Position numbers and translations under genes: made by a program | The notes under the pieces: model-generated | Told to the model about the DNA's origin: nothing | Database searches by the model: none | The model's input: only the letters and a program-made list of their open reading frames with translations | DNA from: Bugula neritina | Lineage: Eukaryota > Animalia > Bryozoa | Length of the DNA stretch: 64,000 bases | Assembly: GCA_964035545.1 (NCBI GenBank) | Contig: CAXIUT010000230.1 | Location: 744,001-808,000 of the forward strand | Direction of reading: 5' to 3' | Shown here: piece by piece, positions 15,101 to 31,200 of the stretch | How the letters are laid out: each line of letters opens with the position of its first letter | How positions within the stretch are numbered: the first letter of the stretch is position 1

Positions 15101-18100
15101 ACTGGAACATACGGCAAAAAAACCGAAGTATACTGCGACACCTTGAAAAATACTGCAACATACTGAATATACTGCAAGTGGTGCAACAAACTGAAATACA
15201 CTGTGACACACTGAAATACCTTGCAACATACTGCAACATACTGCAACATACTGAAATATACTGCGACACATTAACATATACTGCAACATACTGAAATATA
15301 CTGGAAAATACTGCAACATACTAAAATACACTTGAACATAATGAAATACACTGCAACACATTGAAATATACTGCAACATATCGAAATGAATGGTAAACTA
15401 GTGTAATATACTGTAAAATAATGAAACATACCGGAATAACTGCAACATAACGAAATATAGTGCAACACATTGAAATATACGGCAACATACCGAAATAAAC
15501 TGCGACACGTTGAAAATTACTGCAACATTCTGAAATAAACTGCAAGTGGTGCAACATACTGAAATACACTGTGACACACTGAAATACACTGAAACATAAT
15601 GCAACATACTGCAACATACTGAAATACACTGTAACATATCGAAATACACTGCAACATACTGCAACATACTGCAACATACTAAAATACACTGCAACATACT
15701 GAAATACATTGCAACACATTAAAAAATACTGCGACATACTGAAACATACTGCAACATGCTGAAATATACTGCAACATACTGAAATACACTATAACATATT
15801 GAAATATACTGCAACATACTGAATTACATTCCAACATACTGAAATATGCTGTAGCATACTGAAATACACTGCAACACACTGAAGTATACTGCAATACACT
15901 GAAATGTAATGCAACATACTGAATTATACTGCAACATAGTACAACATACTGAAATACACTACAATGTACTGCAACATACTGAAATACACTGGAACATATT
16001 GAAATACACTGCGACACATTGAAACATACTGCAACATACTGAAATATACTGCAAGATACTGCAACATACTGAAACAGACTGTGACATACTGAAATACACT
16101 GCAACATACTGCAAGATACCGCAACCTACTGAAATACACTGTAACATATTGAAATACACTGCATCATACTGCAACATACTGAATTGCACTGGAACATATT
16201 GATATACACTGCAACACATTGAAATATAATGCAACACACTGAAACATACGGCAATATACCGAAATATACTGCGACACCTTGAAAAATACTGCAACATACG
16301 AAATATACTGTAAGTGGTGCAACATACTGAAATACAATGTGACACACTGGAATACACTGCAACATACTGCAACATACTGCAACATACTGAAATACACTGT
16401 AACATATTGAAATACACTGCATCATACTGCAACATACTGAAAAACACTGGTACATATTGATATACACTGCAACTCATTGAAATATACTGCAACACACTGC
16501 AACATACGGCAGCATACCGAAATATACTGCGACACCTTGAAAAATACTGCAACATACTGAAATATACTGCAAGTGGTGCAACATACTGAAATACACTGTG
16601 ACATACTGAAATACACTGCAACATACTGCAAGATATTGCAACGTACGGAAATACAGTGTAACTTATTGAATTACACTGCATCATACTGCAACATACTGAG
16701 ATACACTGGAACATATTGATTTACACTGCAACACATTGAAATATACTGCAACACACTGAACCATATGGCAACATACCGAAATTTACTGCGACACACTAAA
16801 AAATACTGCAACATACGAATTATACTTCAAGTGGTGCAACATACTGAAATACATTGTGACACACTGAAATACACTGCAACATACTGCAACATACTGCAAC
16901 ATACTGAATTATTGTGCGACACATTGAAATATACTGCAACATATTGAAATATAACGCAACATACTGCAACATACTAAAATAGACTGCAACATACTGAAAT
17001 ACATTGCAACACATTAAAATATACTGCGACATACTGAAACATACTGCAACATGCTGAAATATACTGCAACATAGTGAAATACACTATAACATATTGAAAT
17101 ATACTGCAACATACTGAATTACACTCTAACATACTGAAATATGCTGTAGCATACTGAAATAAACTGCAACACACTGAAGTATACTGTAATACACTGAAAT
17201 GTGATGCAACATACTGAATTATACTGCAACATAGTGCAACATACTCAAATACACTACAACAAACTGCAACATACTGAAATACACTGGAACATATTGAAAT
17301 ACACTGCGACACATTGAAACATACTGCAACATACTGAAATACACTGTGACACATTGAAATACACTGCAACATACTGCAACATACTGCAACATACTGAAAT
17401 GCATTGCAACACATTAAAATATACTGCAACATACTGAAACATACTGCAACATACTGAAATACACTGCAACACACTGAAGTATACTGTAATACACTGAAAT
17501 GTAATGCAACATACTGAATTATACTGCAAAATAGTGCAACATACTGAAATAAACTGTGACACACTGAAATACACTGAAACATAATGCAACATACTGCAAC
17601 ATACTGAAATACACTGTAACATATCGGAATACACTGCAACATACTGCAACATACTGCAACATACTGAAATACACCGTAACATATCGAAATACACTGCAAC
17701 ATACTGCAACATACTGAAATGCACCGGAACATAATGGAATACTCTGCAACACATTGAAATATACTGCAACAGACTGAAACATAAGGTAACGCAATGAAGT
17801 ATACTGCGACACATTAAAATATACTGCAACATACTGAAATATACTGCAACATACTGAAATGTAATGTAATATACAGAAATGTACTGTAACATACTGAAAT
17901 ATACTGTAACAGACTGAAATATACTCTAACATACCGAAATACACTGTAACATACTGAAATATACTGCAACATACTGCAACATACTGAATTACACTTGAAC
18001 ATGATGAAATACACTGCAACACATTGAAATATACTGCAACATATCGAAATGAATGGTAAACTAGTGTTATATACTGTAACATAATGAAACATACCGGAAC

Positions 18101-21100
18101 ATACTGCAACGTATTAAAGCATAGTGTAACACACTGAAATATACGGCAACATACCGAAATATACTGCAACACGTTGAAAAATACTGCAACATACTGAAAT
18201 ATACTGCGACATATTGAACTACACTGCTACACTCTGAAATATACTGCAACACACTGAAACATACGGCAACATACTGAAATAAACTGCGACAGGTTGAAAA
18301 TTACTGCAACATACCAAAATATACTGCGACGCCTTAAAATATTCTGCAACATACTGAAATAGACTGCGACACCTTGAAAAATACTGCAACATACGAAATA
18401 TACTGCAAGTGGTGCAACATACTGAAATACAATGTGACACACTGAAATACACTGCAACATACTGCAACATACTGCAACATACTGAAATATTGTGCGACAC
18501 ATTGAAATATACTGCAACATATTGAAATATACTGTAACATACTGCAACATACTAAAATACACTGCAACATACTGCAAGAAACTGCAACATACTGAAATAC
18601 ACTGTAACATATTGAAATACACTGCATCATACTGCAATATACTGACATACACTGGAACATAATGATATACACTGCAACACATTGAAATATACTGCAACAC
18701 ACGGAACCGTTCGGCAACATACCGAAATATACTGCGACACAGTGAAAAATACGGCAACATACTGAAATATACTGCAAATGATGCACATACTTAAATACAA
18801 TGTGACACACTGAAATACACTGCAACATACTGCAACAAACTGCAACATACTGAAATACACTTTAACATATTGAAATACACTGCATAATACTGCAACATAC
18901 TGAAATACACTGGAACATATTGATATACACTCCAACACGTTCAAATACACTGCAACACACTGGAACATACGGCAAAAAAACCGAAGTATACTGCGACACC
19001 TTGAAAAATACTGCAACATACTGAATATACTGCAAGTGGTGCAACAAACTGAAATACACTGTGACACACTGAAATACCTTGCAACATACTGCAACATACT
19101 GCAACATACTGAAATATACTGCGACACATTAACATATACTGCAACATACTGAAATATACTGGAAAATACTGCAACATACTAAAATACACTTGAACATAAT
19201 GAAATACACTGCAACACATTGAAATATACTGCAACATATCGAAATGAATGGTAAACTAGTGTAATATACTGTAAAATAATGAAACATACCGGAATAACTG
19301 CAACATAACGAAATATAGTGCAACACATTGAAATATACGGCAACATACCGAAATAAACTGCGACACGTTGAAAATTACTGCAACATTCTGAAATAAACTG
19401 CAAGTGGTGCAACATACTGAAATACACTGTGACACACTGAAATACACTGAAACATAATGCAACATACTGCAACATACTGAAATACACTGTAACATATCGA
19501 AATACACTGCAACATACTGCAACATACTGCAACATACTAAAATACACTGCAACATACTGAAATACATTGCAACACATTAAAAAATACTGCGACATACTGA
19601 AACATACTGCAACATGCTGAAATATACTGCAACATACTGAAATACACTATAACATATTGAAATATACTGCAACATACTGAATTACACTCCAACATACTGA
19701 AATATGCTGTAGCATACTGAAATACACTGCAACACACTGAAGTATACTGCAATACACTGAAATGTAATGCAACATACTGAATTATACTGCAACATAGTAC
19801 AACATACTGAAATACACTACAATGTACTGCAACATACTGAAATACACTGGAACATATTGAAATACACTGCGACACATTGAAACATACTGCAACATACTGA
19901 AATATACTGCAAGATACCGCAACATACTGAAACAGACTGTGACATACTGAAATACACTGCAACATACTGCAAGATACCGCAACCTACTGAAATACACTGT
20001 AACATATTGAAATACACTGCATCATACTGCAACATACTGAATTACACTGGAACATATTGATATACACTGACAACATTGAAATATAATGCAACACACTGAA
20101 ACATACGGCAATATACCGAAATATACTGCGACACCTTGAAAAATACTGCAACATACGAAATATACTGCAAGTGGTGCAACATACTGAAATACAATGTGAC
20201 ACACTGGAATACACTGCAACATACTGCAACATACTGCAACATACTGAAATACACTGTAACATATTGAAATACACTGCATCATACTGCAACATACTGAAAA
20301 ACACTGGTACATATTGATATACACTGCAACTCATTGAAATATACTGCAACACACTGCAACATACGGCAGCATACCGAAATATACTGCGACACCTTGAAAA
20401 ATACTGCAACATACTGAAATATACTGCAAGTGGTGCAACATACTGAAATACACTGTGACATACTGGAATACACTGCAACATACTGCAAGATATTGCAACG
20501 TACGGAAATACAGTGTAACTTATTGAATTACACTGCATCATACTGCAACATACTGAGATACACTGGAACATATTGATTTACACTGCAACACATTGAAATA
20601 TACTGCAACACACTGAACCATATGGCAACATACCGAAATTTACTGCGACACACTAAAAAATACTGCAACATACGAATTATATTTCAAGTGGTGCAACATA
20701 CTGAAATACATTGTGACACACTGAAATACACTGCAACATACTGCAACATACTGCAACATACTGAATTATTGTGCGACACATTGAAATATACTGCAACATA
20801 TTGAAATATACCGCAACATACTGCAACATACTAAAATAGACTGCAACATACTGAAATACATTGCAACACATTAAAATATACTGCGACATACTGAAACATA
20901 CTGCAACATGCTGAAATATACTGCAACGTAGTGAAATACACTATAACATATTGAAATATACTGCAACATACTGAATTACACTCTAACATACTGAAATATG
21001 CTGTAGCATACTGAAATAAACTGCAACACACTGAAGTATACTGTAATACACTGAAATGTGATGCAACATACTGAATTATACTGCAACATAGTGCAACATA

Positions 21101-24100
21101 CTCAAATACACTACAACAAACTGCAACATACTGAAATACACTGGAACATATTGAAATACACTGCGACACATTGAAACATACTGCAACATACTGAAATACA
21201 CTGTGACACATTGAAATACACTGCAACATACTGCAACATACTGCAACATACTGAAATGCATTGCAACACATTAAAATATACTGCAACATACTGAAACATA
21301 CTGCAACATACTGAAATACACTGCAACACACTGAAGTATACTGTAATACACTGAAATGTAATGCAACATACTGAATTATACTGCAAAATAGTGCAACATA
21401 CTGAAATACACTGTGACACACTGAAGTATACTGTAATACACTGAAATGTAATGCAACATACTGAATTATACTGCAAAATAGTGCAACATACTGAAATACA
21501 CTGTGACACACTGAAATACACTGAAACATAATGCAACATACTGCAACATACTGAAATACACTGTAACATATCGGAATACACTGCAACATACTGCAACATA
21601 CTGCAACATACTGAAATGCACCGGAACATAATGGAATACTCTGCAACACATTGAAATATACTGCAACAGACTGAAACATAAGGTAACGCAATGAAGTATA
21701 CTGCGACACATTAAAATATACTGCAACATACTGAAATATACTGCAACATACTGAAATGTTATGTAATATACAGAAATGTACTGTAACATACTGAAATATA
21801 CTGTAACAGACTGAAATATACTCTAACATACCGAAATACACTGTAACATACTGAAATATACTGCAACATACTGCAACATACTGAATTACACTTGAACATG
21901 ATGAAATACACTGCAACACATTGAAATATACTGCAACATATCGAAATGAATGGTAAACTAGTGTTATATACTGTAACATAATGAAACATACCGGAACATA
22001 CTGCAACGTATTAAAGCATAGTGTAACACACTGAAATATACGGCAACATACCGAAATATACTGCAACACGTTGAAAAATACTGCAACATACTGAAATATA
22101 CTGCAAGTGGTGCAACATACTGAAATACACTGTGACACACTGAGATACACTGCAACATACTGCAACATACTGCAACATGCTGAAATATACTGCGACATAT
22201 TGAACTACACTGCTACACTCTGAAATATACTGCAACACACTGAAACATACGGCAACATACTGAAATAAACTGCGACAGGTTGAAAATTACTGCAACATAC
22301 CGAAATATACTGCGACGCCTTAAAATATTCTGCAACATACTGAAATAGACTGCGACACCTTGAAAAATACTGCAATATACGAAATATACTGCAAGTGGTG
22401 CAACATACTGAAATACAATGTGACACACTGAAATACACTGCAACATACTGCAACATACTGCAACATACTGAAATATTGTGCGACACATTGAAATATACTG
22501 CAACATATTGAAATATACTGTAACATACTGCAACATACTGAAATACACTGCAACATACTGCAAGAAACTGCAACATACTGAAATACACTGTAACATATTG
22601 AAATACACTGCATCATACTGCAATATACTGACATACACTGGAACATAATGATATACACTGCAACACATTAAAATATACTGCAACACACGGAACCGTTCGG
22701 CAACATACCGAAATATACTGCGACACAGTGAAAAATACGGCAACATACTGAAATATACTGCAAATGATGCACATACTTAAATACAATGTGACACACTGAA
22801 ATACACTGCAACATACTGCAACAAACTGCAACATACTGAAATACACTTTAACATATTGAAATACACTGCATAATACTGCAACATACTGAAATACACTGGA
22901 ACATATTGATATACACTCCAACACGTTCAAATACACTGCAACACACTGGAACATACGGCAAAAAAACCGAAGTATACTGCGACACCTTGAAAAATACTGC
23001 AACATACTGAATATACTGCAAGTGGTGCAACAAACTGAAATACACTGTGACACACTGAAATACCTTGCAACATACTGCAACATACTGCAACATACTGAAA
23101 TATACTGCGACACATTAACATATACTGCAACATACTGAAATATACTGGAAAATACTGCAACATACTAAAATACACTTGAACATAATGAAATACACTGCAA
23201 CACATTGAAATATACTGCAACATATCGAAATGAATGGTAAACTAGTGTAATATACTGTAAAATAATGAAACATACCGGAATAACTGCAACATAACGAAAT
23301 ATAGTGCAACACATTGAAATATACGGCAACATACCGAAATAAACTGCGACACGTTGAAAATTACTGCAACATTCTGAAATAAACTGCAAGTGGTGCAACA
23401 TACTGAAATACACTGTGACACACTGAAATACACTGAAACATAATGCAACATACTGCAACATACTGAAATACACTGTAACATATCGAAATACACTGCAACA
23501 TACTGCAACATACTGCAACATACTAAAATACACTGCAACATACTGAAATACATTGCAACACATTAAAAAATACTGCGACATACTGAAACATACTGCAACA
23601 TGCTGAAATATACTGCAACATACTGAAATACACTATAACATATTGAAATATACTGCAACATACTGAATTACACTCCAACATACTGAAATATGCTGTAGCA
23701 TACTGAAATACACTGCAACACACTGAAGTATACTGCAATACACTGAAATGTAATGCAACATACTGAATTATACTGCAACATAGTACAACATACTGAAATA
23801 CACTACAATGTACTGCAACATACTGAAATACACTGGAACATATTGAAATACACTGCGACACATTGAAACATACTGCAACATACTGAAATATACTGCAAGA
23901 TACCGCAACATACTGAAACAGACTGTGACATACTGAAATACACTGCAACATACTGCAAGATACCGCAACCTACTGAAATACACTGTAACATATTGAAATA
24001 CACTGCATCATACTGCAACATACTGAATTACACTGGAACATATTGATATACACTGCAACACATTGAAATATAATGCAACACACTGAAACATACGGCAATA

Positions 24101-25200
24101 TACCGAAATATACTGCGACACCTTGAAAAATACTGCAACATACGAAATATACTGCAAGTGGTGCAACATACTGAAATACAATGTGACACACTGGAATACA
24201 CTGCAACATACTGCAACATACTGCAACATACTGAAATACACTGTAACATATTGAAATACACTGCATCATACTGCAACATACTGAAAAACACTGGTACATA
24301 TTGATATACACTGCAAGTCATTGAAATATACTGCAACACACTGCAACATACGGCAGCATACCGAAATATACTGCGACACCTTGAAAAATACTGCAACATA
24401 CTGAATTATACTGCAAGTGGTGCAACATACTGAAATACACTGTGACATACTGAAATACACTGCAACATACTGCAAGATATTGCAACGTACGGAAATACAG
24501 TGTAACTTATTGAATTACACTGCATCATACTGCAACATACTGAGATACACTGGAACATATTGATTTACACTGCAACACATAGAAATATACTGCAACACAC
24601 TGAACCATATGGCAACATACCGAAATTTACTGCGACACACTAAAAAATACTGCAACATACGAATTATACTTCAAGTGGTGCAACATACTGAAATACATTG
24701 TGACACACTGAAATACACTGCAACATACTGCAACATACTGCAACATACTGAATTATTGTGCGACACATTGAAATATACTGCAACATATTGAAATATACCG
24801 CAACATACTGCAACATACTAAAATAGACTGCAACATACTGAAATACATTGCAACACAATAAAATATACTGCGACATACTGAAACATACTGCAACATGCTG
24901 AAATATACTGCAACATAGTGAAATACACTATAACATATTGAAATATACTGCAACATACTGAATTACACTCTAACATACTGAAATATGCTGTAGCATACTG
25001 AAATAAACTGCAACACACTGAAGTATACTGTAATACACTGAAATGTGATGCAACATATTGAATTATACTGCAACATAGTGCAACATACTCAAATACACTA
25101 CAACAAACTGCAACATACTGAAGTACACTGGAACATATTGAAATACACTGCGACACATTGAAACATACTGCAACATACTGAAATACACTGTGACACATTG
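9150..25200. repeat. HOR domain A: about four tandem ~3.7-4.0 kb higher-order units
   Basis: Marker CCATATGGCAAC...TTCAAGTGG (+ ORF MATYRNLL) at 12818, 16765, 20622 and 24609 (periods 3947, 3857, 3987); ORF pair 9289/13027 gives 3738. Confidence 0.85.
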
Positions 25201-28200
25201 AAATACATTGCAAAACATCGAAATAGACTGCAACATACTGAAATATGCTGTAGCATACTGAAAGACACTAAAACTCACTGCAGTATAGTGTAATAAACGG
25301 AAATGTACTGCAACATGCCGAAATATACTGCAACATACTGAAATACACCGGAACATTATGATATGCACTGCAACACATTGAAATATACTGCAACACACTG
25401 AAACATAAGGCAAAATACTGAAATATACTGTAGCATACTGAATTACACTTGAACATAATGAAATACACTGCAACACATTGAAATATACTGCAACATATCG
25501 AAATGAATGGTAAACTAGTGTAATATACTGTAACATAATGACACATACCGGAACATACTGCAACGTATTAAAGCACAGTGTAACACACTGAAATATACGG
25601 CAACATACCGAAATATACTGCAACACGTTCAAAAATACTGCAACATACTGAAATATACTGCAACATATTGAACTACACTGCTACACTCTGAAATATACTG
25701 CAACACACTGAAACATACGGCAACATACTGAAATAAACTGCGACACATTGAAAATTACTGCAACATACTGAAATATACTGCGACGCCTTAAAATATTCTG
25801 CAACATACTGAAATAGACTGCGACACCTTGAAAAACACTGCAACATACGAAATATACTGCAAGTGGTGCAACATACTGAAATACAATGTGACACACTGAA
25901 ATACATTGCAACATACTGCAACATACTGCAACATACTGAAATATTGTGCGACACATTGAAATATACTGCAACATATTGAAATATACTGTAACATACTGCA
26001 ACGTACTAAAATACACTGCAGCATACTGGAATACATTGCAACACATTAAAATATACTGCGACATACTGAAACATACTGCAACATACTGAAATACACTATA
26101 ACATATTGAAATATACTGCAACATACTGAATTACACTCTAAGATGCTGAAATATGCTGTAGCATACTGAAATACACTGCAACACACTGAAGTGTACTGAA
26201 ATACACTGCAACATACTGCAAGATACCGCAACCTACTGAAATACACTGTAACATATTGAAATACACTGCATCATACTGCAACATACTGAATTACACTGGA
26301 ACATATTGATATAGACTGCAACACATTGAAATATAATGCAACACACTGAAACATACGGCAATATACCGAAATATACTGCGACACCTTGAAAAATACTGCA
26401 ACATACGAAATATACTGCAATTGGTGCAACATACTGAAGTACAATGTGACACACTGGAATACACTGCAACATACTGCAACATACTGCAACATACTGAAAT
26501 ACACTGTAACATATTGAAATACACTGCATCATACTGCAACATACTGAAAAACACTGGAACATATTGATATACACTGCAACTCATTGAAATATACTGCAAC
26601 ACACTGCAACATACGGCAGCATACCGAAATATACTGCGACACCTTGAAAAATACTGCAACATACTGAAATATACTGCAAGTGGTGCAACATACTGAAATA
26701 CACTGTGACATACTGAAACACACTGCAACATACTGCAAGATATTGCAACGTACGGAAATACAGTGTAACTTATTGAATTACACTGCATCATACTGCAACA
26801 TACTGAGATACACTGAAACATATTGATATACACTGCAACACATTGAAATATACTGCAACACACTGAACCATATGGCAACATACAGAAATTTACTGCGACA
26901 CACTAAAAAATACTGCAACATACGAATTATACTTCAAGTGGTGCAACATACTGAAATACATTGTGACACACTGAAATACACTGCAACATACTGCAACATA
27001 CTGCAACATACTGAATTATTGTGCTACACATTGAAATATACTGCAACATATTGAAATATACCGTAACATACTGCAACATACTAAAATAGACTGCAACATA
27101 CTGAAATACATTGCAACACATTAAAATATACTGCGACATACCGAAACATACTGCAACATGCTGAAATATACTGCAACATACTGAAATACACTATAACATA
27201 TTGAAATATACTGCAACATACTGAATTACACTCTAACATACTGAAATATGCTGTAGCATACTGAAATACACTGCAACACACTGAAGTATACTATAATACA
27301 CTGAAATGTGATGCAACATACTGAATTATACTGCAACATAGTGCAACATACTCAAATGCACTACAACAAACTGCAACATACTGAAATACACTGGAACATA
27401 TTGAAATACACTGCGACACATTGAAACATACTGCAACATACTGAAATACACTGTGACACATTGAAATACACTGCAACATACTGCAACATACTGCAACATA
27501 CTGAAATACATTGCAACACATTAAAATATACTGCAACATACTGAAACATACTGCAACATACTGAAATATACTGCAACACACTGAAACATACGGCAACATA
27601 CCGAAATAAACTGCGACGCTTTGAAAATTACTGCAACATACTGAAATATACTGCGACGCCTTAAAATATACTGCAACATACTGAAATAGACTGCAAGTGG
27701 TGCAACATAGTGAAATACACTGTGACACATTGAAATACACTGCAACATACTGCAACATACTGCAACATACTGCAACATACTGAAATGCATTGCAACACAT
27801 TAAAATATACTGCAACATACTGCAACATACTGAAATACACTGCAACACACTGAAGTATACTGTAATACACTGAAATGTAATGCAACATACTGAATTATAC
27901 TGCAAAATAGTGCAACATACTGAAATACACTGTGACACACTGAAATACACTGAAACATAATGCAACATACTGCAACATACTGAAATACACTGTAACATAT
28001 CGGAATACACTGCAACATACTGCAACATACTGCAACATACTGAAATACAGCGTAACATATCGAAATACACTGCAACATACTGCAACATACTGAAATGCAC
28101 CGGAACATAATGGAATACTCTGCAACACATTGAAATATACTGCAACAGACTGAAACATAAGGTAACGCAATGAAGTATACTGCGACACATTAAAATATAC

Positions 28201-31200
28201 TGCAACATACTGAAGTATACTGCAACATACTGAAATGTAATGTAATATACAGAAATGTACTGTAACATACTGAAATATACTGTAACAGACTGAAATATAC
28301 TCTAACATACCGAAATACACTGTAACATACTGAAATATACTGCAACATACTGCAACATACTGAATTACACTTGAACATGATGAGATACACTGCAACACAT
28401 TGAAATATACTGCAACATATCAAAATGAATGGTAAACTAGTGTTATATACTGTAACATAATGAAACATACCGGAACATACTGCAACGTATTAAAGCATAG
28501 TGTAACACACTGAAATATACGGCAACATACCGAAATATACTGCAACACGTTGAAAAATACTGCAACATACTGAAATATACTGCAAGTGGTGCAACATACT
28601 GAAATACACTGTGACACACTGAGATACACTGCAACATACTGCAACATACTGCAACATGCTGAAATATACTGCGACATATTGAACTACACTGCTACACTCT
28701 GAAATATACTGCAACATATCGAAATGAATGGTAAACTAGTGTTATATACTGTAACATAATGAAACATACCGGAACATACTGCAACGTATTAAAGCATAGT
28801 GTAACACACTGAAATATACGGCAACATACCGAAATATACTGCAACACGTTGAAAAATACTGCAACATACTGAAATATACTGCAAGTGGTGCAACATACTG
28901 AAATACACTGTGACACACTGAGATACACTGCAACATACTGCAACATACTGCAACATGCTGAAATATACTGCGACATATTGAACTACACTGCTACACTCTG
29001 AAATACACTGCAACACACTGAAACATACGGCAACATACTGAAATAAACTGCGACACCTTGAAAAATACTGCAACATACGAAATATACTGCAATTGGTGCA
29101 ACATACTGAAGTACAATGTGACACACTGGAATACACTGCAACATACTGCAACATACTGCAACATACTGAAATACACTGTAACATATTGAAATACACTGCA
29201 TCATACTGCAACATACTGAAAAACACTGGAACATATTGATATACACTGCAACTCATTGAAATATACTGCAACACACTGCAACATACGGCAGCATACCGAA
29301 ATATACTGCGACACCTTGAAAAATACTGCAACATACTGAAATATACTGCAAGTGGTGCAACATACTGAAATACACTGTGACACACTGAAATACACTGAAA
29401 CATAATGCAACATACTGCAACATACTGAAATACACTGTAACATATCGAAATACACTGCAACATACTGCAACATACTGCAACATACTAAAATACACTGCAA
29501 CATACTGAAATACATTGCAACACATTAAAAAATACTGCGACATACTGAAACATACTGCAACATGCTGAAATATACTGCAACATACTGAAATACACTATAA
29601 CATATTGAAATATACTGCAACATACTGAATTACACTCCAACATACTGAAATATGCTGTAGCATACTGAAATACACTGCAACACACTGAAGTATACTGCAA
29701 TACACTGAAATGTAATGCAACATACTGAATTATACTGCAACATAGTACAACATACTGAAATACACTACAATGTACTGCAACATACTGAAATACACTGGAA
29801 CATATTGAAATACACTGCGACACATTGAAACATACTGCAACATACTGAAATATACTGCAAGATACCGCAACATACTGAAACAGACTGTGACATACTGAAA
29901 TACACTGCAACATACTGCAAGATACCGCAACCTACTGAAATACACTGTAACATATTGAAATACACTGCATCATACTGCAACATACTGAATTACACTGGAA
30001 CATATTGATATACACTGCAACACATTGAAATATAATGCAACACACTGAAACATACGGCAATATACCGAAATATACTGCGACACCTTGAAAAATACTGCAA
30101 CATACGAAATATACTGCAAGTGGTGCAACATACTGAAATACAATGTGACACACTGGAATACACTGCAACATACTGCAACATACTGCAACATACTGAAATA
30201 CACTGTAACATATTGAAATACACTGCATCATACTGCAACATACTGAAAAACACTGGTACATATTGATATACACTGCAACTCATTGAAATATACTGCAACA
30301 CACTGCAACATACGGCAGCATACCGAAATATACTGCGACACCTTGAAAAATACTGCAACATACTGAATTATACTGCAAGTGGTGCAACATACTGAAATAC
30401 ACTGTGACATACTGAAATACACTGCAACATACTGCAAGATATTGCAACGTACGGAAATACAGTGTAACTTATTGAATTACACTGCATCATACTGCAACAT
30501 ACTGAGATACACTGGAACATATTGATTTACACTGCAACACATAGAAATATACTGCAACACACTGAACCATATGGCAACATACCGAAATTTACTGCGACAC
30601 ACTAAAAAATACTGCAACATACGAATTATACTTCAAGTGGTGCAACATACTGAAATACATTGTGACACACTGAAATACACTGCAACATACTGCAACATAC
30701 TGCAACATACTGAATTATTGTGCGACACATTGAAATATACTGCAACATATTGAAATATACCGCAACATACTGCAACATACTAAAATAGACTGCAACATAC
30801 TGAAATACATTGCAACACAATAAAATATACTGCGACATACTGAAACATACTGCAACATGCTGAAATATACTGCAACATAGTGAAATACACTATAACATAT
30901 TGAAATATACTGCAACATACTGAATTACACTCTAACATACTGAAATATGCTGTAGCATACTGAAATAAACTGCAACACACTGAAGTATACTGTAATACAC
31001 TGAAATGTGATGCAACATATTGAATTATACTGCAACATAGTGCAACATACTCAAATACACTACAACAAACTGCAACATACTGAAATACACTGGAACATAT
31101 TGAAATACACTGCGACACATTGAAACATACTGCAACATACTGAAATACACTGTGACACATTGAAATACATTGCAAAACATCGAAATAGACTGCAACATAC

